DNA of 63,885 nt, counting the filler. It is 6 parts of 6 records of this genome, joined end to end, with 100 filler letters (N's around TTAATTAATTAA, not from the genome) between each part and the next. Parts side by side here need not be neighbours in the genome. Positions count along the whole stretch, not along the records: positions 19,649 to 32,746 come from DRR723986_10261; positions 32,847 to 42,263 come from DRR723986_10268; 4 more parts are not named here. One strand, written 5' to 3'. The notes beneath the pieces are model-generated. The model was not told where the DNA came from and made no database searches. It was given only the letters and a program-made list of their open reading frames with translations. A program made the position numbers and the translations under genes. Below, one piece after another: positions 28,568-37,806 of this stretch (the first letter of the stretch is position 1; the number at the start of each line of letters is the position of its first letter).

Positions 28568-29197
28568 ATGCGAACAAGAATTCAGATCAACCTTGCATTA
28601 TTGTGTGTGCTGGTTTTAAGTCTGCCGGCATGTTCTATCAAGGACATCACACAAACGCTGAACAACATCAAAGACCTGCAGTACAAGCTGGGTGCCGTGG
28701 ATAATTACCGACTGGCGGGCGTGCGACTTGATGACAAGCGCTCAATCAGTGACTTCAGCGCACTGGACGCCTTAAAACTGACACGAGCGTATACCAGCGG
28801 ATCTCTGCCGGCAACGTTTACACTCAACGTTTTGGCACATAATCCCAACGATGGCAAGTCCGGCCGTACCTCTTCTGCCGTGACGATTAACTCGCTGGAT
28901 TTCCGCTTGTTGATCGACGACAAACAAACAATTCAGGGTGATATTGGTGCTCCGGTAACCGTGCCGGGTGGTGGACAAACCAGCACTATTCCAATTGCAA
29001 TGACGGTGGACCTGGCTGAATTCTTTGGTGATCGTGGTTATGAAGATGTGGCGCGTCTGGCGCTTGCACTCGGTGGCGCTCAAGGTTCGGCTGCGCGCCT
29101 GACGCTGGATATCAAGCCGGTTGTGAAAACACCGATTTTGGGTACGGTAACCTACCCTGGGCGCATCAAAGTCGTTGACAAAGAGTTTCGACAATAA
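28568..29197 (+). CDS. LEA type 2 (WHy-like) lipoprotein
   Basis: Signal peptide ending in lipobox LPAC; beta-rich NPN...LDFRLLID...VPGG pattern. Confidence 0.6.
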   Translation: MRTRIQINLALLCVLVLSLPACSIKDITQTLNNIKDLQYKLGAVDNYRLAGVRLDDKRSISDFSALDALKLTRAYTSGSLPATFTLNVLAHNPNDGKSGRTSSAVTINSLDFRLLIDDKQTIQGDIGAPVTVPGGGQTSTIPIAMTVDLAEFFGDRGYEDVARLALALGGAQGSAARLTLDIKPVVKTPILGTVTYPGRIKVVDKEFRQ

Positions 29198-29251
29198 AAC
29201 CTTTAGGTCTTTAGGGAGCGCGATCAGCATGCGGGGCACAGTGCGAAGAGC

Positions 29252-30316
29252 ATGATACTTTTGTGGTTAGTTGTTGTAGTCTGTATTGTTGTGGCGGGCC
29301 TGTGTTCACTGGCCGCCGCGGCGTTTACAGAGTTAAGTTATGCCAAAATCGCCGAGCTTGATGCGGAAGGCCATCCGCGTGCGAGTTTGCTGCATTCGTG
29401 GAAGACAGAGTCCGAACGTCCGCTTCTGGCTGTGCGCATCTTTGCCGGTATAACCCACATGGTTGCCGCATTGGTGGCAGGCATTGCGATATCGGACTCT
29501 TTTGCTTTTGAGTCCGGCGGAATGTGGGGCCTGGCGCTCGTAGCCACGCTTGTCTATATTGTCGTATTGTTTGTGCGTGCCGGTGCCGAAGGTATCGGCG
29601 AGCGCAATCCCTCGGCACATGTCAATCGCATGGCACTGACAATCAGCCTCGCCGATTCGATTATGCGGCCGCTGGCAACCCCGGGAACAATCCTCAAAAG
29701 CGTGCTGCGTGGCCGCGACGACTACACCGAAGAGGAAGCCCGCGAAGATATTGATGACATCCTTGAAAGCGCACACGAAGAAGGATCACTGGACACCGAA
29801 GAGTATCGCTTCCTCAAGAGTATCATGAAGTTTCACGAAGTGCTCGTAGCCGATGTAATGACGCCGCGCACGGTAGTGTTTGGCTGTAATGCCGAGCTGA
29901 CAATCAGTGAAACGCTTGAGCTGCATGGCTTGCGCCAATACTCGCGATTTCCGGTTTGGGAAGCCAATTCTCCCGACCGGGTCCTGGGATACGTGCGCAC
30001 CAAGGATGTGCTCTGGGCGGCGATCAATCGCGAGCCGGACACCTCGTTACGCGAGCTGGTACGCGATGTGCACATGATTCCCAAAACAGCTCCCCTGGAT
30101 GATGCTCTGGAAGAATTCCTGAAACGCCGCGGCCACCTTTTTATCGCCGTAGACGAATATGGCGGCGTGGAAGGCATTATTACCATGGAAGACGTGCTTG
30201 AGACGATCTTGGGTGAGGAAATCCTGGATGAGGATGATCGCATCAAGGACCTGCGCGAATACGCCAAGAAACAGCGTGAAAAGCGCCTCACCGGCCGCAA
30301 CACCGTCGATAGTTGA
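29252..30316 (+). CDS. CNNM (DUF21)-CBS hemolysin-family protein
   Basis: N-terminal TMs, VADVMTPR, YSRFPV, VDEYGGVEGIITMEDVLETILG. Confidence 0.9.
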   Translation: MILLWLVVVVCIVVAGLCSLAAAAFTELSYAKIAELDAEGHPRASLLHSWKTESERPLLAVRIFAGITHMVAALVAGIAISDSFAFESGGMWGLALVATLVYIVVLFVRAGAEGIGERNPSAHVNRMALTISLADSIMRPLATPGTILKSVLRGRDDYTEEEAREDIDDILESAHEEGSLDTEEYRFLKSIMKFHEVLVADVMTPRTVVFGCNAELTISETLELHGLRQYSRFPVWEANSPDRVLGYVRTKDVLWAAINREPDTSLRELVRDVHMIPKTAPLDDALEEFLKRRGHLFIAVDEYGGVEGIITMEDVLETILGEEILDEDDRIKDLREYAKKQREKRLTGRNTVDS

Positions 30317-30515
30317 TATCAGCCTGCTACATGTGAATTGAGCCTTTTTTGAGCGACAAACAGCGAACTTCACCGGGTTCGCCGCTACATTGCAGCTTAA
30401 AATCCAACGAAGCCCTCCTGCGTTTTGTATGTAATTATGCGGCTTTTTGTAGTTTCCAGCTTCGGCTGCTCTTGACCGCGCCGTTTTGATTTGGAATAAT
30501 TGAGGACTTCCTGCC

Positions 30516-32558
30516 ATGTTGACACGCCGCATATTACCGACTCTGCTGTTCAGTGCCTTGTTACTCATTCCATCGCTGTTGGGCTCTGCGGCCTTGCAGG
30601 CGCAGCTGAACTCCTGGCATGCGGCTGTGCAGCTGGATGCGGTGAAAATTGATTCTGAGAGTCTGGAGCTGCGTTGGGACCCGACGATCGAGCCTGAGGG
30701 CGTCATGCGAGTGTGGGGGCGCCAGCCCGGCAGCGTTAACCAGATGTTCCTGGGGGAGACTAGTTCAGCATCAGGAAAATTTCTGGTCGAAAACTTCGAC
30801 GCTGAAAGCGCAGTGGAGTATACGGTCCAACGGACATTCATCAATGGTGAAGTCGAAATCAATGGCGTCGGCTACATTACAGTCGGTTTTGACCAGCCGG
30901 AAGTCGATCAGCGCGGCAAAATGATTCTGCTCGTTGATGCTTCCGTCGCCGATGATCTCAGCACTGAAATTGATCAACTGCTGAGTGACCTGACCGGCGA
31001 CGGCTGGGTGGTTGAGCGTCAGGACGTTGCGCGCGACGCTGAAGTCACAGAGGTTAAGGAGCTGCTCAAGTCGATCTACAATGAAGATCCCGAAAGCTAT
31101 AAATCTGTCTACATCCTCGGCCACGTGCCCGTGCCATATTCAGGGCACCTGGCGCCGGACGGCCACATCGACCACCTGGGCGCCTGGCCCGCCGATGTAT
31201 ACTACGCCGATATTAACGGATTCTGGACGGATAGTGGAATTGATCAGGACAGCTCACGTCGCGACCAGAACGACAACCTAATCGGTGACGGTAAGTTTGA
31301 TCAGTCGATTTTTGCGAGTAGCCTGGAGCTTGCAATTGGGCGCGTTGATTTTTCGAATATGCCGGCTTTTGAGCTGAGTGAAGTTGAGCTCCTGCGCCAA
31401 TATCTCAATCGGGCACATGCCTGGCGCCACAAGGAATTCACGGTTGCGCAACGCGCATTGATTGACGATAATTTTGGGTTTTTCCGTGGTGAGGCATTTG
31501 CATCGTCAGCTTACCGCAGTTATGCCACCTTGGTAGGCCGCGAAAATATTGTTGACAACATCCGAGACGCAACGGTTAACTATTTAACAAACCTCATGGA
31601 AGAAGATTACCTGTGGAGTTACGGCTGTGGCGGTGGCAGTTACACAAGTGCCAACGGTATCGGTAATACGAATGACTTCACAACGGGCGAACTCAAGACG
31701 GTGTTTACCATGCTGTTTGGATCGTACTTTGGCGACTGGGATGTTAACAACAGTTTTCTGCGTGCTCCACTGGCGGCCGACGGATATTGTTTAATGAACG
31801 TATGGTCAGGACGCCCCTACTGGTACATGCATTCTCTGGCACTTGGCGCCACGACGGGTGACGCAGCAATCCTGACACAGAACAATGGCACATTGGCGAA
31901 CTTGCGTTACGTTGCACTTAACAATCGCCGTGGCGTATCGATGGCGCTTATGGGCGATCCGGCTATTCGTATGCACGTTGTTGCTCCGGTAACAGATCTG
32001 GATATTAGTACGGCCGATGATTATGTTAACCTGAGTTGGACGGCTCCGCAGTCTGAGGACGTCGCGCACTATAATGTGTATCGTTCCAATTCAGCAGCCG
32101 GACCGTTTGCGCGTATTAACAGCGAACCGCTAGACGAAGCTGCTTTTAGCGATCCACATGCTGCCGACGGTGTTAACTATTACATGGTACGTGCCGCAGT
32201 CCTGCAGGCCAGTCCAAGTGGCAGTTATTACAATCAAAGCCAGGGGGTGTTTGCGGACATAGAATTTGAGCGCGTTTCAACTTCGGTGGCTGATGCCGCC
32301 AAACTGAATGATTTTCGCGTTGGTCCGATTCCTGCCTCCAGTTTCTTAACATTTGCATTTACTATGGACGAAGCCCAAAAGGTGTCGGCGCGTCTGCTGG
32401 ACGTCCGCGGTGCCACGGTCTACTCACAGAGTTATGGCGTGCTTTCGGGGGCATTCAGCCGTCAGATTCCGCTTCAGGATCAGCCATCGGGAATGTACAT
32501 CCTGGAAATCAAGCTCGGCGAGAAAACCTACCAGACACGGATTGTACGCCACGAGTAA
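30516..32558 (+). CDS. Secreted C25/gingipain-like-fold protein with FN3-like domain and T9SS C-terminal sorting domain
   Basis: Sec signal; ILGHVPVP, ADVYYAD, LAIGRV, LMGDPAIR; VNLSWTAP...YNVYRS...NYYMVRA; CTD PIPASS...LLDVRGATV...PSGMYILEI...RIV. Confidence 0.7.
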   Translation: MLTRRILPTLLFSALLLIPSLLGSAALQAQLNSWHAAVQLDAVKIDSESLELRWDPTIEPEGVMRVWGRQPGSVNQMFLGETSSASGKFLVENFDAESAVEYTVQRTFINGEVEINGVGYITVGFDQPEVDQRGKMILLVDASVADDLSTEIDQLLSDLTGDGWVVERQDVARDAEVTEVKELLKSIYNEDPESYKSVYILGHVPVPYSGHLAPDGHIDHLGAWPADVYYADINGFWTDSGIDQDSSRRDQNDNLIGDGKFDQSIFASSLELAIGRVDFSNMPAFELSEVELLRQYLNRAHAWRHKEFTVAQRALIDDNFGFFRGEAFASSAYRSYATLVGRENIVDNIRDATVNYLTNLMEEDYLWSYGCGGGSYTSANGIGNTNDFTTGELKTVFTMLFGSYFGDWDVNNSFLRAPLAADGYCLMNVWSGRPYWYMHSLALGATTGDAAILTQNNGTLANLRYVALNNRRGVSMALMGDPAIRMHVVAPVTDLDISTADDYVNLSWTAPQSEDVAHYNVYRSNSAAGPFARINSEPLDEAAFSDPHAADGVNYYMVRAAVLQASPSGSYYNQSQGVFADIEFERVSTSVADAAKLNDFRVGPIPASSFLTFAFTMDEAQKVSARLLDVRGATVYSQSYGVLSGAFSRQIPLQDQPSGMYILEIKLGEKTYQTRIVRHE

Positions 32559-32598
32559 AGTTCGGCAGCTGGACATAGTTGGATAGTATAAGTTTATG

Positions 32599-32629
32599 AG
32601 GGGCGTCAGCACATAGCGTCCCTTTTTTT
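32599..32629 (+). terminator. Intrinsic terminator
   Basis: AGGGGCGT...GCGTCCCT hairpin followed by T run. Confidence 0.65.
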
Positions 32630-32746
32630 GCTGCATTATTTGCTTGCAAGCTGCGAGAGGCTCCAAAGAATTTTCTATGCCGCACAGTCCGAATTACCGT
32701 CCGTTTACCCACGGATTCCGGCACTTAAAGAATTAACGCTGGCAGC

Positions 32747-32846
32747 NNNNNNNNNNNNNNNNNNNNNNNNNNNNNNNNNNNNNNNNNNNNTTAATTAATT
32801 AANNNNNNNNNNNNNNNNNNNNNNNNNNNNNNNNNNNNNNNNNNNN
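32747..32846. other. Artificial contig spacer
   Basis: N-run with TTAATTAATTAA. Confidence 0.99.
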
Positions 32847-32891
32847 GGCTAACAGCTCTAAGTCTACACCTCTCGGAGGCTTCAATTCTTG

Positions 32892-33290
32892 TTAGCCGAT
32901 CATTACGGTCCCAGCGGCGATTATCTGGCCGACCGGCAAATCGCTTGGATCGTTGCAGGTCTCGACGATGTCCGTAGCGCGCGCGGCGTCCTTGCCGCCA
33001 ATCTTGACTGTGACGCTACCCATAAAGACCGTGCCTTTATCCGCCGGTGGACTCTGGAAAGAAGTACCGGGCGGCATCGCGATATGCGCAGGCACATTCG
33101 ACGCCGTACTGTCCTTTACTGCGGCGGCCATACCAGCGATTTTTACCGTGGGCTCCGTGGCTCCATCGATTTGTCCGCTGAATGGATGTGGCAGCGGCGT
33201 AGGGACCGGGCCACCGGGCGTAGGGACCATCACGATGTGTGTGTCCACGGCGATAACGCTGGCGCCTTCAGTTGCAGCTGGCAATCCCAT
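32892..33290 (-). CDS. PAAR-like spike-tip protein
   Basis: MGLPAA...DTH...VPTPLPHPF...TVKIAGMAAA...TVKIGGKDAAR...TCND...TVMIG; His/Cys candidate metal ligands. Confidence 0.9.
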   Translation of the reverse strand: MGLPAATEGASVIAVDTHIVMVPTPGGPVPTPLPHPFSGQIDGATEPTVKIAGMAAAVKDSTASNVPAHIAMPPGTSFQSPPADKGTVFMGSVTVKIGGKDAARATDIVETCNDPSDLPVGQIIAAGTVMIG

Positions 33291-33529
33291 GTTCTTTTCC
33301 TCGCTTCAGCTTTGGATGTTAACATCGCTGACTCCGATGTTAAACACTTAAACAGGTTTCTGGCTTGTGGTATAAGCTATTTGTGGCAGGCTATGTGCCT
33401 TGCGGCTGATGCCACAGCGACAAACAAAACCCTCAAAAAAAGCAGACCGTTTTTTAGGGATCTTCCCAGGTCGGGCTGCGCTGCCTTTCCGCGCCAAATG
33501 TAGTTTAAGCTCCAGCAATGAACAGTTGT

Positions 33530-34189
33530 TTAATTTATTTCCACCTGCGGTGCCGCCACGGTGACTTTACTCATGCCCGACAGCGAGATTTCGTTAGCCT
33601 CAAAAGCAAGGTTGCCTTGTGTGCTGACGAGAATATCACCATCTTTTTTGAGTGTAATTTTTGTTCCTCCGGCAGCCATTTCTGCGCTACCACCACCGCC
33701 GGCCTCCAGCGCTAATTTGATATCACCTACGGAGAGGGATATTTTTTCTTCAATACATTCGAGCAGAACATCACCCGGTAGTTTTAAACGCCAGGCGGGT
33801 TCGTTACCATCAATTGTAAGGTCCAGCTTGGGTTCGTCTTCGCCAGGCGGCAGCTGTAATGTTAACTGTCCGGCATCGTGTTTTGGGGCGTTTAAGTCGG
33901 GCGTGTACAGGCGGCCAACTACAACCGGTGCGTGATAATTACCTTCGGCAAAAACCACTACTACCAGATCTTCGACGGCTGGAATTGCAGCAAAACCGAG
34001 TACTCCGCTGGCCACGGGAACACGCGGCAATACCAGACCAGAATCGCGCAGTTCAACACTTACGGCGTAGTCGCCCTGATTTTCGGACGGACCAAAGGTG
34101 TCGACGACTTGCGCAATTGCAGCCACAGGATGTTTAGCACTTTCGTGGCGCGCAATTCGCGCAATGCTTTCAAATAATGATGAGCTCAT
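33530..34189 (-). CDS. Phage baseplate spike (gpV / gp5 OB-fold plus beta-helix)
   Basis: RVPVA...GFAAIPAVEDLVVVVFAEGNYHAPVVVGRLY OB-fold signature; short beta-strand repeats to a C-terminal VEIN; GGAG RBS before ATG 34189. Confidence 0.88.
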   Translation of the reverse strand: MSSSLFESIARIARHESAKHPVAAIAQVVDTFGPSENQGDYAVSVELRDSGLVLPRVPVASGVLGFAAIPAVEDLVVVVFAEGNYHAPVVVGRLYTPDLNAPKHDAGQLTLQLPPGEDEPKLDLTIDGNEPAWRLKLPGDVLLECIEEKISLSVGDIKLALEAGGGGSAEMAAGGTKITLKKDGDILVSTQGNLAFEANEISLSGMSKVTVAAPQVEIN

Positions 34190-34202
34190 GTTACATCTCC
34201 CA

Positions 34203-35225
34203 TCATAAGAAACCTCCAAGTCCTGCCCCAGCCAGAGCGAGCAATCCATCCAGTGCGCTAGCAGCATCGGCGTTTACACCAATAAAACTGGTGTGCGCGC
34301 CTTCGGCCGCCATGGAGTGACGTACGTTTGTTAACAGCCAGGGACCACCTTTCAAACCATTTGGCAGGTCCTGAACTTCAACTATCATTCCGGGGCGCAG
34401 GTCCGGCTGCAACCAGGTTGTAGCATGTACTCTACCGCCACGTGCTGCACTTGCAAGGCTCGCCGCTTCACCGGCCGCCTTGGCATCGGAAGCCGTACGA
34501 ATCTCGGGAGCCGCCTGCCAAATTGCGTCTGCCCCGGGCGCGCTAGCATCGGCCGGCAAATAGCTGAAACTGGGCCGCAAAACATCCGGTGCGTCGGCTG
34601 AACCCGCAGTGCCATTACCGATTGTAAAACGTGCGGCGGCGGGTATGGCGACGGAATCTTCCTGATATGTTAAAATTTCGCGTCCGTGTTTAAGTGCCAG
34701 GTCAGGAGTTCCGCCGGGCCAGGCGCGAATATCAAGTTTGCCATCCGCATTTAACAACGCCAGGCAGCCACTTAAACGCGCCAGGTGGCTGATGTGTTCG
34801 GCTACGGTATGCCGTTGATCCGCCACGTAAACCGCCAGTGCCAGTTTCGCATCGTTGGTGGCCAGGTCAATGCCGGCAGTATCGGCCAGGGCCTTGATTA
34901 CTTTGCCGGAGTCCTGCCCCTCAAATGTTTTAGCAAGACGCACTGCTGCCAGGCGTGCGGAATGATCTGCGATCACGAGTGAACTCCCCTCCAGAGACTT
35001 GCGCAGGAGCCGAATGGAACCATTTAGCGTTGCCTGGCTGCCTTCCCCGCTATCCAGTATTACACTGGCCTCGTCGTCGACTGCCGCCGAAATTGCAACT
35101 TCAATTGGGAAGTTAACGCGGGCAGACCCGACGGAAGGCAATATGCCAATGCTCACGTGCACGTCAATTACGTGTTGATCGTAAGACTTGCCTGCTAAAC
35201 GGATATCGATTGAAGGGATTAACAT
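34203..35225 (-). CDS. Baseplate hub protein (gpD/gp27-like)
   Basis: Immediately upstream of spike; PDLRPGMIVEVQDL...GPWLLTNVRHSM...HTSF C-terminal hub motif. Confidence 0.72.
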   Translation of the reverse strand: MLIPSIDIRLAGKSYDQHVIDVHVSIGILPSVGSARVNFPIEVAISAAVDDEASVILDSGEGSQATLNGSIRLLRKSLEGSSLVIADHSARLAAVRLAKTFEGQDSGKVIKALADTAGIDLATNDAKLALAVYVADQRHTVAEHISHLARLSGCLALLNADGKLDIRAWPGGTPDLALKHGREILTYQEDSVAIPAAARFTIGNGTAGSADAPDVLRPSFSYLPADASAPGADAIWQAAPEIRTASDAKAAGEAASLASAARGGRVHATTWLQPDLRPGMIVEVQDLPNGLKGGPWLLTNVRHSMAAEGAHTSFIGVNADAASALDGLLALAGAGLGGFL

Positions 35226-35302
35226 TAATTGTTTTCCGTGCTCTCAGCTATGTAAACAAATGTCAGGCGCAATGCACAAACTGTCTTATTGAGTTTCGAT
35301 TG

Positions 35303-35965
35303 TTAAGAGAAGGCGTCTCCGAGTTCGCTTAGGGCCGACTGGAATCCTCCGCCGGCTTCCTTGACTTTGTCAACGGGCGCGCTGAGTGGGTCGAACAGAC
35401 CGTTAAGGTCCAGGCCGTCAAGACTTAACAAGCCGGACAGCTGATCGATTACACCGAGGGCGTCGTCTACCGCACCGGCCACTTCACCTGCCAGGTCCTC
35501 CAAATCGCCAAGGATGTCGGTGTCGAACCCGAGGTCCCCCAGGCCAAAATCATCCAGTCCACCAAACGCATCGACAGTAGCCGGAGGCGGTAAAGGTGGG
35601 CTTTCGGCCAGCGCCAGTTGAAAACGAAATACGCCGGGGCGCCCGGCCATTTCCTCGCCACGAAAATGTGTGATTACGACTCGCTGTATGTCAAGTGCGC
35701 TCGTAATATCGGCCGAAAATGTTAACTCTTCACCTTTGGCGGCCGCTTCCTGTAAACTGCCCAGTTGATCGCGGGCATCTTCGCCGTGAAAAAAACCTTC
35801 CAGGCGCACGCGATGGCTGCGACGGGCACTGCGCTGCTGGACTTCACCTTCCAGACCCGGGACGGCAATTGAGACAAAGCCGGCATCAATGTTGTGCTCA
35901 ATTACCTGGCCATAGTCGAGCGAGATATCACCAAGCAGGGGTATGGGGCGCGATTCTTCAGCCAT
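35303..35965 (-). CDS. Tube-initiator-like protein (gpU / Mu DNA-circularisation N-terminal-like) with acidic tail
   Basis: VPGLEGEVQQRSARRSHRVRLEG...RVVITHFRGEE...FRFQLALAE tube-fold pattern; position upstream of hub. Confidence 0.6.
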   Translation of the reverse strand: MAEESRPIPLLGDISLDYGQVIEHNIDAGFVSIAVPGLEGEVQQRSARRSHRVRLEGFFHGEDARDQLGSLQEAAAKGEELTFSADITSALDIQRVVITHFRGEEMAGRPGVFRFQLALAESPPLPPPATVDAFGGLDDFGLGDLGFDTDILGDLEDLAGEVAGAVDDALGVIDQLSGLLSLDGLDLNGLFDPLSAPVDKVKEAGGGFQSALSELGDAFS

Positions 35966-37806
35966 CAGTCAAGACCTCGTAGATCAGCTTCTTCGTTGAG
36001 TAGGCGTGCCAATGAGTCGGCCATGGTCAGCGACAATGTTTGACTTTGTGCCAGGCCGCCCATGTTTGGGCTTGTGCGTTTTTCGTCAATACCATTCCCA
36101 GGAACGCGCCCCAGGGAAATCTCATGAGTCTGCAGTTGCCTGGCTCCAGTATTCTCGGCGGCTGCTCCCGAAAATCCAGGCGAAACAGCACGAAGAGCAT
36201 TGGCCGGCGTGAGCGGTTCTTGACCGCCGCCTGCACCAATAATTCGCGGCGATGTAGGCTTGGCCGCTGCGCCGTATTCTGACGCATTCACGTTTGTGTT
36301 AAGCTCTGATGCCGGTGAGGGTGCGGCTGCACCGGAGTTCGCAATGTTACCGGCCGGCTGACCGGTATCATGCCGCAGATTAACATCTTGGACTCTTGAT
36401 TGGACTTTTGTAACGGCCGGAGCCGGGCCAGTTTTGAATCGCGTTTTTGCGGCGCTGTTTGTTAGCTGCGGGATCCGTGTTTCGTTATCCAGCGCAGTTA
36501 ACTTCCAATTTTTTGGGTTCGCATGTGGTGCGCTGGAGTCAGGCCGGGCTGCCGGCTGACTCATAGATGTCTGTGGCACCGATTTTGGTGTTGTCAATTC
36601 CGTTTTGGATGCCGCTGCCGGTGCTACTCCAATACTCATGATCCGCGCTTTAAGCCGCGGTTGTGAAGCGGCAGAGTCTTGCAGTTTTGCATTTGGCGCC
36701 GGCCCGGCGGCACGTTGAGCGGCAGCAATATTGCGAGCGGCCGGACGCATCTGTCCAGGCCTAATTGTTGCCGCAGTTGAGTGTTCAAGCGAACCCTCCG
36801 CTTGAAGTTTTGCACTGCGCTGTTTGGCTGCGGAACTCGCCGAGTCAGGCGTTTCGCTGTTTAACATTGCTGCTTCGGCCTGCGTGAAAGGACGGTTTGC
36901 ATGCGGCCGCGCTGACGACTCGGCGAGCGGGTAGTCTGCAAAGAACTCATCGTCGGCAGCTGGTACCGAGCGTGCATCAAACCTGGCTTCTGCGGTGTTG
37001 TCTGCGTCAACAGATGCGTCCATGGATTGACCGACCGAACTGTCTACAGAGTTATTAACAGCATTATTAACAGAATCTCGCCTGGTTATGGACTCCGCGG
37101 CTGAGCCACGTCCATCACCAAATGTGGCAACTTCCTGAGACCGGACATTTGCGAAGTCATCAGCGAAGGCTACATCCTCAAAATCGCGACCCAAAGCGCC
37201 GCTATGAAGCTGGGGACGTTTGCCGCTGTCCAGACGTTGCAATAGATTCAGAGCGAGCTGCTTGCGAATGTTAAACACCGGAACAGCGCTTGTTTGCTCT
37301 GCAGCTGAATTGTCTGCAGCAGTTCCGGCGCCAGGTGCAAACTTGATCTTTGTCCACCCGTCGTCCGCCTGCTCAGGTTTTAACTGCAGCGCCATCTGAT
37401 CGATGCGGTCGGCCGGGGCGGCGTCAATCTGCTGCATGCTCCAGCCCGTAGCATGTGCCACGTGCATCAATGCATTCAGGTATCCGGGTTTGATGTTGTC
37501 GGCACCGGCCAGGCTGAGTGCCAGGGATTCAATTGCGTGTTGTTCAGGCTCGCTAAACTTGCGGGTTCCAGCTTCAACTGTTGCGGCGTTCAGCACCATG
37601 CGAGCCACAGCATCCGCCGGATCCAGAGATCCGGCGGCCTGTGAAACAACTGTAAAACGTTCACCAAAGTGCAGTGCGCGGATGATCGGACCGTCCTCCC
37701 CGCCAACCTGAATGGCGGTGGAAGCCATAACCGGGTGCATACCCAGTTTGACGTCGCCTGCGCTGATGCAGCCGGCACTAAAGTCGATCCTTACGTCCGC
37801 GCTCAC
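35965..37806 (-). CDS. Putative tail-assembly-chaperone / tape-measure-like protein
   Basis: Directly follows tube gene; helical N-terminus with VAHATGWSMQQI motif, long Ala/Pro/Ser-rich low-complexity middle, helical C-terminus LARLLNEEADLRGLD; abuts or overlaps neighbours on both sides. Confidence 0.5.
   Translation of the reverse strand: MSADVRIDFSAGCISAGDVKLGMHPVMASTAIQVGGEDGPIIRALHFGERFTVVSQAAGSLDPADAVARMVLNAATVEAGTRKFSEPEQHAIESLALSLAGADNIKPGYLNALMHVAHATGWSMQQIDAAPADRIDQMALQLKPEQADDGWTKIKFAPGAGTAADNSAAEQTSAVPVFNIRKQLALNLLQRLDSGKRPQLHSGALGRDFEDVAFADDFANVRSQEVATFGDGRGSAAESITRRDSVNNAVNNSVDSSVGQSMDASVDADNTAEARFDARSVPAADDEFFADYPLAESSARPHANRPFTQAEAAMLNSETPDSASSAAKQRSAKLQAEGSLEHSTAATIRPGQMRPAARNIAAAQRAAGPAPNAKLQDSAASQPRLKARIMSIGVAPAAASKTELTTPKSVPQTSMSQPAARPDSSAPHANPKNWKLTALDNETRIPQLTNSAAKTRFKTGPAPAVTKVQSRVQDVNLRHDTGQPAGNIANSGAAAPSPASELNTNVNASEYGAAAKPTSPRIIGAGGGQEPLTPANALRAVSPGFSGAAAENTGARQLQTHEISLGRVPGNGIDEKRTSPNMGGLAQSQTLSLTMADSLARLLNEEADLRGLD

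Noticed and set aside
32889-33503. 204-aa plus-strand ORF over PAAR
   Set aside because: Antisense shadow of the PAAR gene, which has clear motifs and matches operon orientation.
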